Shown here: one piece after another, positions 40,077 through 49,607 of the stretch
Layout: the number at the start of each line of letters is the position of its first letter
Numbering within the stretch: the first letter of the stretch is position 1
Source: a virus
Virus record (IMG/VR): IMGVR_UViG_3300035105_000276
Span: 32,001 to 96,000 of that record
Strand: one strand, 5' to 3'
Length of the DNA stretch: 64,000 bases
The notes under the pieces: generated by a model
What the model saw: the letters and a program-made list of their open reading frames with translations, nothing else
What the model was told of the DNA's origin: nothing
Database searches by the model: none
Made by a program: the position numbers and the translations under genes

Positions 40077-40925
40077 TCACTTTTTTACCTCCGCCATGAT
40101 GTCGTTTCTCCACCATGAGGCCCATGCCTGAGCACTGTCTTCGGTGAGGTGAACACATCCTTTTTCAAGGGCAATTTGCTCAATTGCGTATCCCTGCCAA
40201 ACAGACTTAATATATCCGTTGCGGTGGGATGGTGTGACGATCCATACGGTGGCTCCATGCCTGGGGGCCTTAACTTCTGGCATTGGCAGCTTCCATCCTC
40301 CTGCAAGAGTACTTGTTGGATGGGTAGAAGAATCTATCTTTCGTAACTGAGCCTCATGTACCCACACGGTACTGCACCCTTTTGGATAATCCCTGTGGTT
40401 TGATTCATGCAACAAAAGCCTAACTCCATCATTCACAGAAGAGAACTCAACTATTTCTGCTTTGAGTGGGATTGCGAACCTATATCGATCATAAACCATA
40501 ACGATATTATGGAGTTTAAACCCGTGTCTCGCTGTTAATTCGTGAGTACCTTGGTAGGTTTCTGGAATCGTTTTGAGGTAATTGACCCAAAACCTGGAAT
40601 GTGTGTTTGTCGAGATAATCTCGAATGGCGTTCCTGTTTCATCTACAAGCTTTAAAACACCCTTTTCCCATTTAAAACCCTCATATGAATATTCAACTTT
40701 TTTCCCGTAATACGGGATAGCTTTCTTCCTGTTCAGTCCGGAGAAGTATTCCGGTTCAAATACAGGTTCCTTGCGGCGGTATTTTTTATATGGGTGCCAA
40801 CTGGGTTCAGACGAACAAGGGTACCATCTAATACCCTCGTAAAAGCTAAATTCCCATAAATCCCAGGGGCGGTCAAAGTGTTTACAGTCTTCTTCATATT
40901 GTTTTTTCAGTTCTTCGTGTGCCAT
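40077..40925 (-). CDS. Hypothetical modular protein (Trp-rich repeat plus LPMPEV module)
   Basis: N-terminus matches the repeat of 34408..35562; C-terminus matches 37438..37968. Confidence 0.7.
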   Translation of the reverse strand: MAHEELKKQYEEDCKHFDRPWDLWEFSFYEGIRWYPCSSEPSWHPYKKYRRKEPVFEPEYFSGLNRKKAIPYYGKKVEYSYEGFKWEKGVLKLVDETGTPFEIISTNTHSRFWVNYLKTIPETYQGTHELTARHGFKLHNIVMVYDRYRFAIPLKAEIVEFSSVNDGVRLLLHESNHRDYPKGCSTVWVHEAQLRKIDSSTHPTSTLAGGWKLPMPEVKAPRHGATVWIVTPSHRNGYIKSVWQGYAIEQIALEKGCVHLTEDSAQAWASWWRNDIMAEVKK

Positions 40926-41079
40926 TACTTACCTCCTCCAGTTCCTTTTATATTACTTCGTGGTATGAATATTTGTCGATGTTCATCATTCACTCTCCTA
41001 TATCACACTTAATTCCAGGCCAATCAGGTTCAGCAAGCATGTAGGTTTTTCCGCATTCACCACCCCTCCTTCCCCCTGG

Positions 41080-41847
41080 TCATTTTGCTGCCGGAAAGAT
41101 ATCATCAAACACCACAGGTACTTTTTGTTTCAACTCCGCCAGCAGCGGCAGCATCAGTGCCCTGATCTGGGGATGGGCCTTTTTGGAACATCGCAACGTG
41201 AACATGTGACGCCACTCACGGATATTTCCCTTGACCACAATTTCTGTCTTCAGGGAGTTGGGAAGCATCTCCCTGGCCTGTTCAGGCCGCCATTTATGCT
41301 TTATCAGGTATTTGTAATCATTTTCAGCTTTACAGCAATTATCAAAGAAAACCCATTCGGGAGAAAGAAGATCATGAAATGCAGGTGTATTTGCTTCTGA
41401 TTCAGGATTATCAAAATCCCACAGTCCGATAAGTTTTTCAGAGCACCATACAGGACGGATGAACTCCATTCCGCCATCGTACCGCACATACCGAGTGGAT
41501 TCTTGAGCAAAGGAGCATAACCTATGCCTGACCAGTTCATGGGTTACACCTCGATTGGTAACAAACCGGACAATAATATCGCCGAATTCGATCATGTCAT
41601 GGTGGCCCCGGTCCAGTAACATTTTGACAAACTTTTGAGAAGAGTGATACTGACAAGCCGTATAAGTACAATTTTGATTAATTTTATTACTGGGGAATAC
41701 CTCTGGATGCTCACAAAATTCCCCCCATTTTTTAGTGCATCCAATTTTGTCTTCAGATTTGTAATAGGTACGGCCAGCCAACTCGATTGTTTATAGCAAA
41801 TTGGCTGGTAGGCTAATTATGCTGTGGCTTTGGTCTATGATTTTCAT
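41080..41847 (-). CDS. thyX: Flavin-dependent thymidylate synthase with an in-frame TAA at codon 19
   Basis: THELVRHR..SFAQESTRY, EQAR..LP, REWRH...LR...AHPQIR. The natural start MKIIDQ (41847) is in frame but interrupted by TAA at 41791-41793. Confidence 0.88.
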
Positions 41848-42172
41848 TCTTCTTCTCCTTTGTTAAGAATCTTCGCATACTCAATCAATGCCTGCTTTGC
41901 ATCTTGTTTTGTAACAAAACATCCAATTTGGTATGCTCCAGTCTCATCCCAGGCAATGTAGCCCGGCGTTATATGACGGTCGGTCCAATGAGATTCAGTA
42001 AATTTGTCTTTCATTTTGATTCCTTTTGATTGGCTAATCCTGAGAAATTTCCAATACCACAAGAACACTATGCAGTACCCTATAGGGGCTAATATCAGTA
42101 AGACTCCCATAGGAATCGTCACCTCCCCACCCCCACCTTTTCATCCAGTTCTCCAAGTGGAAACCCCGGTCT

Positions 42173-43543
42173 TCAGGCCGGGGAGGAAACTTGGCTTGCA
42201 CCCTGAAGGGCATAAACAAAATTATATCCGTTCTGACGGGATATGAGTTTGCAATACTTCCAGGATATTCCCTGGACGGTTTCCGTATTAGTTTGGATAT
42301 TAAAGCTGCCGGACTTCCGGACAGCCACTCTGCCAATATACGTTCCTTTCTTCTTACCAGTAGGAACGATCGCTTTAACCATATCCCCGGTGGCAAAACC
42401 GTGAACTGTTTTCTGATCCATCAGGTATCCCCGGGGGAAGCCGTATTTGTCCACACGGGTTCTTTGATAACTGCCACGGCCCATGGCCTTTATCAGGAAC
42501 ACGTTTTGTTTCCAGCCGGATACCGAATCCACTTTGCCGGTGCAGGCAGCATCCAGACAATGGGTTTTGGGTATATCCAGCCGGGACCGGTTGTATTTGG
42601 TCCTGCCACCGGTTGAGCATTCTACCGGCAGGCCCAGGCCCCTGAATTCAAAAAAGATAGCGTTCCTGGTGGCGTTTACCGCTGCGGTTGATGTAAGGGA
42701 GGGTCTTTTACCTTCCAGGAACCTGGTGGCATTTTTGACCCGGACCTGATCTATCTTTTTTTGTGACCTGGATAAAAGGCGGATCCAGTCTGTCGGCTGC
42801 AGGTTCTTTTTTGATTCCTGATTACAGGCTTTACAGGCAATGGCCAGGTTACTGATCCGGTTTGATCCTTTATCCCCTTTTGAGGGATTGCGGGGGATGA
42901 AATGCTCAATTTCCAAGACCGGATCCTTGCTCAAGCCATTGCAATAAACACATTTTCTGCCATATCGTTCCAACAGATATTCCCGAAGCTCGTATCCGAA
43001 CAGGGTCCCTTGCTGATACTCAATCCCTGAAATATCCGGGTTCTGCAACTTCTGAGCATCGAACCGGACCCGTTCAAGGACAATGCCTGTGACCGGGCAG
43101 AGCCTTTGATACTTTTTCACCCAGGATAAAGTGTTATCCACCCGTGATCTGAGACTTGGCGGAAGCCACCCTTTGGGCCGGGTTCTGTTATCGAACCGGG
43201 GCTTTCTGTGCCAGAGGTTTGCGGTCCTTCGCCTTCTCCGGTAATTGGATCTTTGATCCAGTTTCTTCCGGATGGCAGCGCCCCGATGGGTCAGTTCCGA
43301 CAGGTGCAGTATCTGGGCATGACCGCCATCCTGTCTCACCACGGCCATGCCGGTTGTTTTGGCTCCGGGATCAATTTTAACATTAACCGGCTGCACATCA
43401 CTGTCCTCCCGGATCCGGTCAACGAGTCTAATGGTGAATGGAAACATATGGTGAACCCGGGCCCGGCCCTGTGCAAGAAACTTTCTTGCCCTGGCCGGAT
43501 GGCACGGCATCAACGGATCACCGTTCTTGTCAATTACAAACAC
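42173..43543 (-). CDS. iscB: IscB RNA-guided endonuclease
   Basis: PLMP domain (PLMPCHPARAR), RuvC-I IDPG, Arg-rich bridge helix, HNH (CVYC..EHFIP..N..C..CN), RuvC-III THCLDA. Start probably GTG 43543. Confidence 0.92.
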   Translation of the reverse strand: MFVIDKNGDPLMPCHPARARKFLAQGRARVHHMFPFTIRLVDRIREDSDVQPVNVKIDPGAKTTGMAVVRQDGGHAQILHLSELTHRGAAIRKKLDQRSNYRRRRRTANLWHRKPRFDNRTRPKGWLPPSLRSRVDNTLSWVKKYQRLCPVTGIVLERVRFDAQKLQNPDISGIEYQQGTLFGYELREYLLERYGRKCVYCNGLSKDPVLEIEHFIPRNPSKGDKGSNRISNLAIACKACNQESKKNLQPTDWIRLLSRSQKKIDQVRVKNATRFLEGKRPSLTSTAAVNATRNAIFFEFRGLGLPVECSTGGRTKYNRSRLDIPKTHCLDAACTGKVDSVSGWKQNVFLIKAMGRGSYQRTRVDKYGFPRGYLMDQKTVHGFATGDMVKAIVPTGKKKGTYIGRVAVRKSGSFNIQTNTETVQGISWKYCKLISRQNGYNFVYALQGASQVSSPA

Positions 43544-43544
43544 A

Positions 43545-43864
43545 CGGCTTACGCCGTTCTCCGCCGAAGCACCCATAGAGCACACGGCGGGTGACGGTTC
43601 AACCCTGGCATCGGTTGAACTCTCCCCTCGGGATTGTTGCACAGCGGCATTCTGCCCGGACCCGTTTCGTCCATACCCCTGTAGGTTTTCTGCAACCCGG
43701 GCTTCAAGTGGGCGGGACTGAGGAAGCATCCCGCCGTTGGTCTTTAGCTCTCTATGCAACTTTTAATGTTCTCCTTTTTTGTATTTGCCATTAAACTTTG
43801 AACATTTCCCTGGTCAACCATGGAGCCTTTTACAAGCTCCGGCCTTTAGGCCGGGGTAGTTGAC
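43545..43864 (-). ncRNA. omegaRNA / HEARO-type RNA of IscB element 1
   Basis: Conserved GTCAACTACCC...GTTGACCAG 5' stem upstream of iscB. Confidence 0.75.
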
Positions 43865-43890
43865 TTGGCCTTACCTTGAACATTGCCATG

Positions 43891-44208
43891 CTATTTCTCC
43901 TTATTCAAAACCTCATGCCGCGCGATCTCCTCCAACAGCACCTTCTGGTCTTTCCCTGTTTTTTCCGCCAGAAACTCCCGAGAAGACTGCTTCGCCTTGG
44001 CCAGTGTAGTCTGCAGCTCAACGTTTACCCCCATACCAGTGGTCATTTCATGAATCCACCAGTGGTTCTCGTCCTTGTATGCAATGAACCGGGCCTTGCT
44101 GTAACCTTTGAGTTTAATCTCCTCGGCTTTGACCGTTTCAATCTCCTGGGTTTCGGGGCACCGTACTTTGTATCGTTTCAGAGTCGTCTCTGTTTTTTTC
44201 TTTGGCAT
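43891..44208 (-). CDS. Hypothetical protein
   Basis: AGGAGG RBS. Confidence 0.6.
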   Translation of the reverse strand: MPKKKTETTLKRYKVRCPETQEIETVKAEEIKLKGYSKARFIAYKDENHWWIHEMTTGMGVNVELQTTLAKAKQSSREFLAEKTGKDQKVLLEEIARHEVLNKEK

Positions 44209-44431
44209 GCAAATTCCTCCTTATTCGTTGTCGTTCCTTTTTTTTCCAAATTCTGCGAGTCTCCCGGCGTTTTCTGGAAGACCTCGTGTAGCTCTTGTAC
44301 TCTCCACCTGCAGCATCTTCTGGGAGTTTTCTTCCCACTACAGATTTTCTGGCAAATTCTTGAATGTCCAGTATATCCGGGTAATCTCCCAGCCCATTTC
44401 CAGGTACTCTGGGTATTCCGTATGGTTTCAT
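44138..44431 (-). CDS. Small basic phage protein
   Basis: MKPYG..YPD..DIQ..A.KS pattern. Confidence 0.55.
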   Translation of the reverse strand: MKPYGIPRVPGNGLGDYPDILDIQEFARKSVVGRKLPEDAAGGEYKSYTRSSRKRRETRRIWKKKERQRIRRNLHAKEKNRDDSETIQSTVPRNPGD

Positions 44432-44700
44432 TCTTCGGACTCCTTGGATAAATCTTCAAGGCAGGATGAATCCTTCAGCACCATAAACCCTATCTTTGCC
44501 AGAGGAGAAGGCTCTTCACCCAAAGCTTCAGACATCAGCACTTTCTTTTTAAAATCCTCGATACATTCTTTGATTACAGAATGAGATACGTAAGTTGCGG
44601 GTTTTAGGGTAATGTGAACCAGATCCGATGTGCCCTGGGGGGATAACATACGCTCCATGTGACCTATCATGTCTTGTAAAGTGGGTCTCTCTTTGGGCAT
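44428..44700 (-). CDS. Hypothetical protein
   Basis: GGGAGG RBS. Confidence 0.55.
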   Translation of the reverse strand: MPKERPTLQDMIGHMERMLSPQGTSDLVHITLKPATYVSHSVIKECIEDFKKKVLMSEALGEEPSPLAKIGFMVLKDSSCLEDLSKESEE

Positions 44701-44711
44701 GGTGGCCTCCC

Positions 44712-45080
44712 TTATTCTTCGTCAGATTTATGCCCCTGGATCGATACCTTGGGAAGGGCAGCATCCATTTTGGTAAATATCCGAAAGACTCCACCTAAAA
44801 TGAATCTGAAGAATAATTTCATAAAACAAAAGAAAGCCAGAATGCAAAGTAAGGCAGGCCAGAAAATTAAAACGCACAAAAAGTGACCCACTACACTGAA
44901 CCGAAAGTACACTTCGCCACCAAAATGATAGTCACCATCTGAATCTTTGTAAGCCCGCCCTAACAGGACTTCGTACCTTTTCTTATCAAAAAATCTGCAA
45001 AAATAAACGTAGAATACCAGGCCAAAACAGACATAGAACACACAGAATACTAAGCTGAACACCCAACTGATCAAAAACAT
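44712..45080 (-). CDS. Membrane protein
   Basis: Two hydrophobic helices; start MFLISW after AGGAG. Confidence 0.6.
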   Translation of the reverse strand: MFLISWVFSLVFCVFYVCFGLVFYVYFCRFFDKKRYEVLLGRAYKDSDGDYHFGGEVYFRFSVVGHFLCVLIFWPALLCILAFFCFMKLFFRFILGGVFRIFTKMDAALPKVSIQGHKSDEE

Positions 45081-45111
45081 ATTTTTCTCCTTTTTGTATA
45101 AAATTGTAGAA

Positions 45112-45247
45112 TCGGAGGGGCAGTGATTTGAACACTGCATGCCTTATTGTGGTGCCGGTTACGGTCTGCGGACTTACACCATCTTACCCGACCTTTGCTC
45201 CTTATAATCAAGGACAACCCTGCGTCTACCCATTCCGCCACCCCCCG
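45112..45247 (-). ncRNA. tRNA-like RNA with a non-canonical central insert
   Basis: Acceptor stem CGGGGGG/CCCTCCG+A, D-arm TGGCGGAATGGGTAGACGC, T-arm GCAGTG-TTCAAAT-CACTGC. No clean anticodon arm. Confidence 0.6.
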
Positions 45248-45271
45248 ATTTTTATACCTATAATTTAAATT

Positions 45272-48200
45272 TTAACCACACGTGGTAAATCCACATTCTC
45301 TGCACATAGCACATCCGCCCTCATGAAACAAAGCCATCTGTTTACACTCCGGGCACTTTGCTCCGCGCACACCTTCAGATCCATCACCCTCGTCTAGTTC
45401 ATCAGGTAAAGCAGAAGGGCGATATTTCGCCAATACCCGCTTCAGCACGCTGGCAACATCCACCATGGTGTACGCACTTTTCTGAAGCTGCTCCAGTACC
45501 TCTTCCAAGGGTATTCCATACCGCAGCAGCATGCTGATCAGACGACAGGCCAGGTCCCAGTTACTGGTGCGCTCCTGCCATAGTGTCGGATTGAATTGGC
45601 CATCACCGTTTGCACCGGCTTCTACCGGCAACTTGGCAAATACCTCAATGGGCATCTCATCCCCATCTGTGGAGACAATCACATACAGTTTGGCCTTTTT
45701 CCAGAATACCCGGTACCTGGTGGCCTCCTCCACATCGAACAAGCCCCGTTTAATCAGAGTGCCCGGGGCGGGGAGGGGTAGTGCAGAAGTCTTCTGTTTT
45801 TCAGAAATAGCCCCCAGTACCCCTACCTTGCAGTTTTCACGGAATACAGTCACACCTTTCAGCCCCAGTTCATAAGCTTCCAGGTAAATTTTTGAAATCT
45901 CCTGTGGGGTTGTGTTCTCAGGCAGGTTCAAAGTAGAGCTGATGGACGCGTCCGTGTACTCCTGCAGCGCACTTTGCATACGCAGCCTATCCATAGGGTC
46001 AACCTCATTGGCTTCTACATAGCCCAACATAACTTTGGCTTCTTCCAAGGTTTTACCTTTAAACCGGTTGAAGTCCTCAAGCATGCGAACCACTGCCGGC
46101 CGGTGAATCATTTCATAGGTTTTTCCGTCAATTTTATTCTTCCGGGCGTATGCGAATTTGTATAAGGGTTCGCCCCCCGATGTAAGGTTTCCGGAAATAA
46201 TGCTGATGCTCCCGCACGGGCCCATAGTGTTGAAGGCTGTATTTGCCAAACCTGTATCCAATATCGCGTTGGTGAGGATGTCTCTGCATTCGTACCCGTC
46301 CACCAGGTTTGTGTAATAATTACATTCAACAAAGCGTTCCCTGGCCTCTCTTGGCTCAAGAGCCGGGGCTACACCGAATTTGGCCACCGCCTCCACACTG
46401 GCTTCAAGCTCAGCAATGGCTTTTCTTTTGGCCAGATCTGACAAAAACTGCACAGCTTCCGTGCTGCCGTAGGTCATACCCAGGGCTGCCAGAACATCAC
46501 CAATTCCTGTCATTTCAATGCCAATTCGCCGGCTGAACTCGTCCATCTCTCTCTGCGGCTGCAAAGGATGTCTCTCACGGTTCATTTCGGAGAACACATT
46601 TAAAATGTACACTGCCGTTTTGACATCTGTGAGAAATCTGGTGTAATCAAATGTACCATCAGGTGTGCTGTATTTTGTGAGTACCATACAGCCCAGAAGG
46701 CAATTAGCCCAGTTAGGCAGCATCTGTTCCCCACAGTTCAGAGTAGCGATACCATTAAACATACCCATTCCGCGTTTAGGGTCGGTAAAGCAATAAACTT
46801 TTTCCGCTATCTCACCTGTTCTTTCTACGCTTTTTACACGGACTATTTTAGAGCATCTAGCCTTAACCCAACCCTGTTTTACTTTAAGCCTTTTCGGAGA
46901 AAATCCACACTCCAGGCTTAGTATTGAAACACTATGTGCAGGTATCAGAAGTCTGTATGAGGTAGCACAGGCGTACTCTTTTTCCCCCCCTCTACCATCA
47001 GGCATAGGCTTAACACATTCTTCTTTCATAAGGCTTACAGAGGATTGACATCCCATAGTGCACAGTAATAACTGTATATCACGCAGAAACTGCTCATTTA
47101 TACTGGTTATGCCAATAGAGCTCCAAGTGCTTTCTCCCTTCTTTGCCTGGCAGCCGCCATCCGCATCACAGATACCTTCAAGCCAAGCTATCTTTGATGG
47201 GAGATCGTACTGAAATGGGATAAAGAGTTTATCCCAAAATTTATCCTTATCCAGAGTGACCATAACTTTACCCGAGGGGGGGTACGGCCCACACGAATGT
47301 GAATACTCCAGAGAATCCAGTAATTTAATTTTCTCATCATAAAGGGTTATCCCGTAATGAGGATACTTACCCTTTTTTAGAGAATAATATCCGTCACCCG
47401 CAAAAAAACCCAAAGTATACGCGTACTTTTTATCTACGGATTCCCCTTCTTTAATTATAGGGTAAGAAAACTTTATCAGAGGATCATTTTCCTGGAGAGA
47501 ACCAGCTTCCACAGACTTTTGCTGGTGCAGTGAGTTACCTGCCCTTAAACGAAACCCGTGGTAAAGAGTTGGTTTTAGGACTAAACCATTATTGAATTCT
47601 ACCCGCAGTACCTCTTGATTTTCACCAGTAACTCTTGGGATCACAGTAGTCCATTCAAATCCATTCCAGATTATTGTTTCTTGGCCCACACAATCCTGAA
47701 TTGGTTTATGGCCCTTATCGGTTAAGATTAGAGTATCCCCAGTGACACAAGGGTTAGAGCCACGGGGAGTTAACTTTTCATTGATATATGTACCAAACGT
47801 CCACCCTTCCACAGTATCCTTGAAAATCAGTCCAGGATCCCCACAGGCATGGGCAGCCTCCGCAATCATCTGAATTAACTCTCGTGCTTTTAGTACCTGG
47901 TACACTTTTTTAGGCAGACCCGCTTTTTCCCAGGCATCAAAGTCCCCATCCCACTTTTCGTTGTACACTTCCTTTCCTGTGGCTTCGATATCCGGGAACC
48001 ACAACTCGAAATACTTGTCGTCAAACACAGCCTTAATGAACTCAGAATTTACCATGAGAGAAAGGTTAGCCCCTTCAATGTTTGGTAAAGACCCAGTGAT
48101 TGCATCCCTCTCAAAAACCTGTTCCGGCTTGTGTTTTGACAAAATGAACTTCGGAGAATCCGGGTGGCGAATGTCCATGGACATCAACAAAGCACCTCTA

Positions 48201-48703
48201 CGTCCATTCTGGCCGATACTCCTCACACATTCGTTGAAGCTCGGCATAAAACTTACAGCTCCGGAGCTCTCTTTTGCCGCATTGTTCACCAGGGCGGTTT
48301 CGGGGCGCAGAATATTCAAAGATATCCCGGACCCTCCACGGTAGCTGAAAGTACGGGCCAAATGCTTCTGGGCATCAAAAATACCTTCAAGGCTATCTTC
48401 CAGAATCGGAGTGTAATAGCAGTTGGATAAACTGCATGTCCCGGTGGCCCCCAGACCGTATAAAATACTGCCAGCAGGTATGAATCCTCCGGACATAATC
48501 AAGGTATCCACGTAGTCGGTGATAGCGTGAAATCCAATCTTGTGCAGGTGGGCCCGGATCAACTTGGATACCCGGGTCCGTATATTCAACAAATATGTTT
48601 CCTGGCCATGGGTGTATTTATTCTGCACTATCATCTGAGCGAAATCGTCGCTCTCGTTCAAACTATCAAGCAGCAGGTTTCTTGTAATTACTGTTGTCTT
48701 CAT
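45272..48703 (-). CDS. nrdJ: Class II (B12-dependent) ribonucleotide reductase with intein
   Basis: LSNCY, GGSG, RRGA, GDPG, NP[intein]CGEQ, CLLG, SISSTLN, LKGVTVFR, and C-terminal CPEC..EGGC..C..CG. Confidence 0.9.
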   Translation of the reverse strand: MKTTVITRNLLLDSLNESDDFAQMIVQNKYTHGQETYLLNIRTRVSKLIRAHLHKIGFHAITDYVDTLIMSGGFIPAGSILYGLGATGTCSLSNCYYTPILEDSLEGIFDAQKHLARTFSYRGGSGISLNILRPETALVNNAAKESSGAVSFMPSFNECVRSIGQNGRRGALLMSMDIRHPDSPKFILSKHKPEQVFERDAITGSLPNIEGANLSLMVNSEFIKAVFDDKYFELWFPDIEATGKEVYNEKWDGDFDAWEKAGLPKKVYQVLKARELIQMIAEAAHACGDPGLIFKDTVEGWTFGTYINEKLTPRGSNPCVTGDTLILTDKGHKPIQDCVGQETIIWNGFEWTTVIPRVTGENQEVLRVEFNNGLVLKPTLYHGFRLRAGNSLHQQKSVEAGSLQENDPLIKFSYPIIKEGESVDKKYAYTLGFFAGDGYYSLKKGKYPHYGITLYDEKIKLLDSLEYSHSCGPYPPSGKVMVTLDKDKFWDKLFIPFQYDLPSKIAWLEGICDADGGCQAKKGESTWSSIGITSINEQFLRDIQLLLCTMGCQSSVSLMKEECVKPMPDGRGGEKEYACATSYRLLIPAHSVSILSLECGFSPKRLKVKQGWVKARCSKIVRVKSVERTGEIAEKVYCFTDPKRGMGMFNGIATLNCGEQMLPNWANCLLGCMVLTKYSTPDGTFDYTRFLTDVKTAVYILNVFSEMNRERHPLQPQREMDEFSRRIGIEMTGIGDVLAALGMTYGSTEAVQFLSDLAKRKAIAELEASVEAVAKFGVAPALEPREARERFVECNYYTNLVDGYECRDILTNAILDTGLANTAFNTMGPCGSISIISGNLTSGGEPLYKFAYARKNKIDGKTYEMIHRPAVVRMLEDFNRFKGKTLEEAKVMLGYVEANEVDPMDRLRMQSALQEYTDASISSTLNLPENTTPQEISKIYLEAYELGLKGVTVFRENCKVGVLGAISEKQKTSALPLPAPGTLIKRGLFDVEEATRYRVFWKKAKLYVIVSTDGDEMPIEVFAKLPVEAGANGDGQFNPTLWQERTSNWDLACRLISMLLRYGIPLEEVLEQLQKSAYTMVDVASVLKRVLAKYRPSALPDELDEGDGSEGVRGAKCPECKQMALFHEGGCAMCRECGFTTCG
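46736..47749 (-). mobile_element. Intein with LAGLIDADG homing endonuclease (338 aa)
   Basis: Starts CVTGDT, ends GIATLN/C. LGFFAGDG and LEGICDADG blocks. Confidence 0.9.
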
Positions 48704-48716
48704 TGCTATTTTCCTT

Positions 48717-49295
48717 TCAAAGCAAATTTCTGATTAATGCAGGGTTGCTGGCATAGATAAAAACGTCATTCCTGGGCGAGTGCATGTGAATGTCCTTGTA
48801 GCTCACACAGGCACGATTATTCAGCCTGTTGTCCACACAGCAGGGTACCGTGATGTACACCCAGGTTCTCAATTTCTGAATCAGTACAGACACTTCTTTT
48901 TTTGATACATGGGAGTGGTTGGCCAGAACTAATGTGGGTACATTTAATATTTGATGCTTGGTGCCCGCCGACTCCCGCAGATAATCCCCCAGCGTAGCAC
49001 TATACTTGAATAGCCTCAGGATGCTTTCTGCGGCTGTCAAGTCCAGCTGAGGATCAATACACACCACTTTTTTCTTATAGTTCAGCGCCATCAGTGCCCC
49101 CAGAGTAGGGCGCCGGCCGCAGCCTACATCATAGATCACATCAGGATCAAAAGTCCGCAAAAGGTTGCGGCACAGGTTGAACACACCCCCTGTTTCAGAC
49201 CATTCTTTGATATCCACCACATGATTCATGGCTTTTAAAAAATCGGGAAAGCTTTTTCTTTCCATAACGTGTTGAAGGTTTTTAATGCTTTTCAT
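48717..49295 (-). CDS. Putative SAM-dependent methyltransferase
   Basis: IYDVGCG, IDP, H and PCC motifs. Confidence 0.55.
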   Translation of the reverse strand: MKSIKNLQHVMERKSFPDFLKAMNHVVDIKEWSETGGVFNLCRNLLRTFDPDVIYDVGCGRRPTLGALMALNYKKKVVCIDPQLDLTAAESILRLFKYSATLGDYLRESAGTKHQILNVPTLVLANHSHVSKKEVSVLIQKLRTWVYITVPCCVDNRLNNRACVSYKDIHMHSPRNDVFIYASNPALIRNLL

Positions 49296-49326
49296 ACATG
49301 GTTTCTCCTTTAATATTTGTGAAAGT

Positions 49327-49352
49327 ATGTGCGGAAAGCGAAATTCGTGAAG
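49327..49352 (-). promoter_or_regulatory. Class B phage promoter motif
   Basis: CTTCAC-12-CCGCACAT upstream of the MTase-nrdJ unit. Confidence 0.55.
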
Positions 49353-49373
49353 AGGCCAAATAGTTAAAAAAAT

Positions 49374-49411
49374 AAAAAAGCCCCACGCAGAGAAGGCAGT
49401 CTGCGTGGGGT
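49374..49411 (-). terminator. Intrinsic terminator
   Basis: CCCCACGCAGA..TCTGCGTGGGG followed by CTTTTT. Confidence 0.7.
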
Positions 49412-49416
49412 TGGCA

Positions 49417-49509
49417 CTAAAGCCCCGCCAGGTATGCCCGGAGGCGGGCTCTGGCTTCGGTTAAGGTACGGCCTGAAAAGACCATCCCTTGAAATGTAAT
49501 ATGGGCCAT
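49417..49509 (-). CDS. 30-aa microprotein (not in ORF track)
   Basis: MAHITFQGMVFSGRTLTEARARLRAYLAGL; AAGGAGG RBS; own promoter and terminator. Confidence 0.65.
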   Translation of the reverse strand: MAHITFQGMVFSGRTLTEARARLRAYLAGL

Positions 49510-49575
49510 GTGGCCCTCCTTTCTCCCGCTGCAGCGGGGATTAAATTACCTGGATTTATACCATCCAGTTATAAT

Positions 49576-49606
49576 CTTATAACAAAGAAAGAAGGGCTTT
49601 TTTGAA
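49576..49606 (-). promoter_or_regulatory. Class A phage promoter
   Basis: TTCAAAA-18-TATAAG. Confidence 0.6.
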
Positions 49607-49607
49607 T

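Larger units (their letters stand above)
42145..43864 (-). mobile_element. IscB (OMEGA, IS200/IS605-family) element 1
   Basis: 5' end GTCAACTACCCCGGCC-TAAA-GGCCGG, 3' hairpin CCCCGG-CCTGAAGA-CCGGGG, followed by ATGAA. Confidence 0.85.

Noticed and set aside
23798-41847. Stop-codon reassignment explaining the in-frame TAG and TAA
   Set aside because: The two interruptions use different stop codons, long genes have no internal stops, and TAG/TAA end many clear genes (e.g. sigma and portal end in TAG).
42173-43543. Cas9
   Set aside because: About 450 aa with a PLMP domain and no REC lobe, which makes it IscB.
43544-43759. N-terminal extensions of the IscB ORFs (also 63139-63210)
   Set aside because: They overlap the omegaRNAs, and the conserved IscB domain begins at VFVID.
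45112-45247. Standard tRNA with an assignable anticodon
   Set aside because: No canonical anticodon stem-loop can be drawn.
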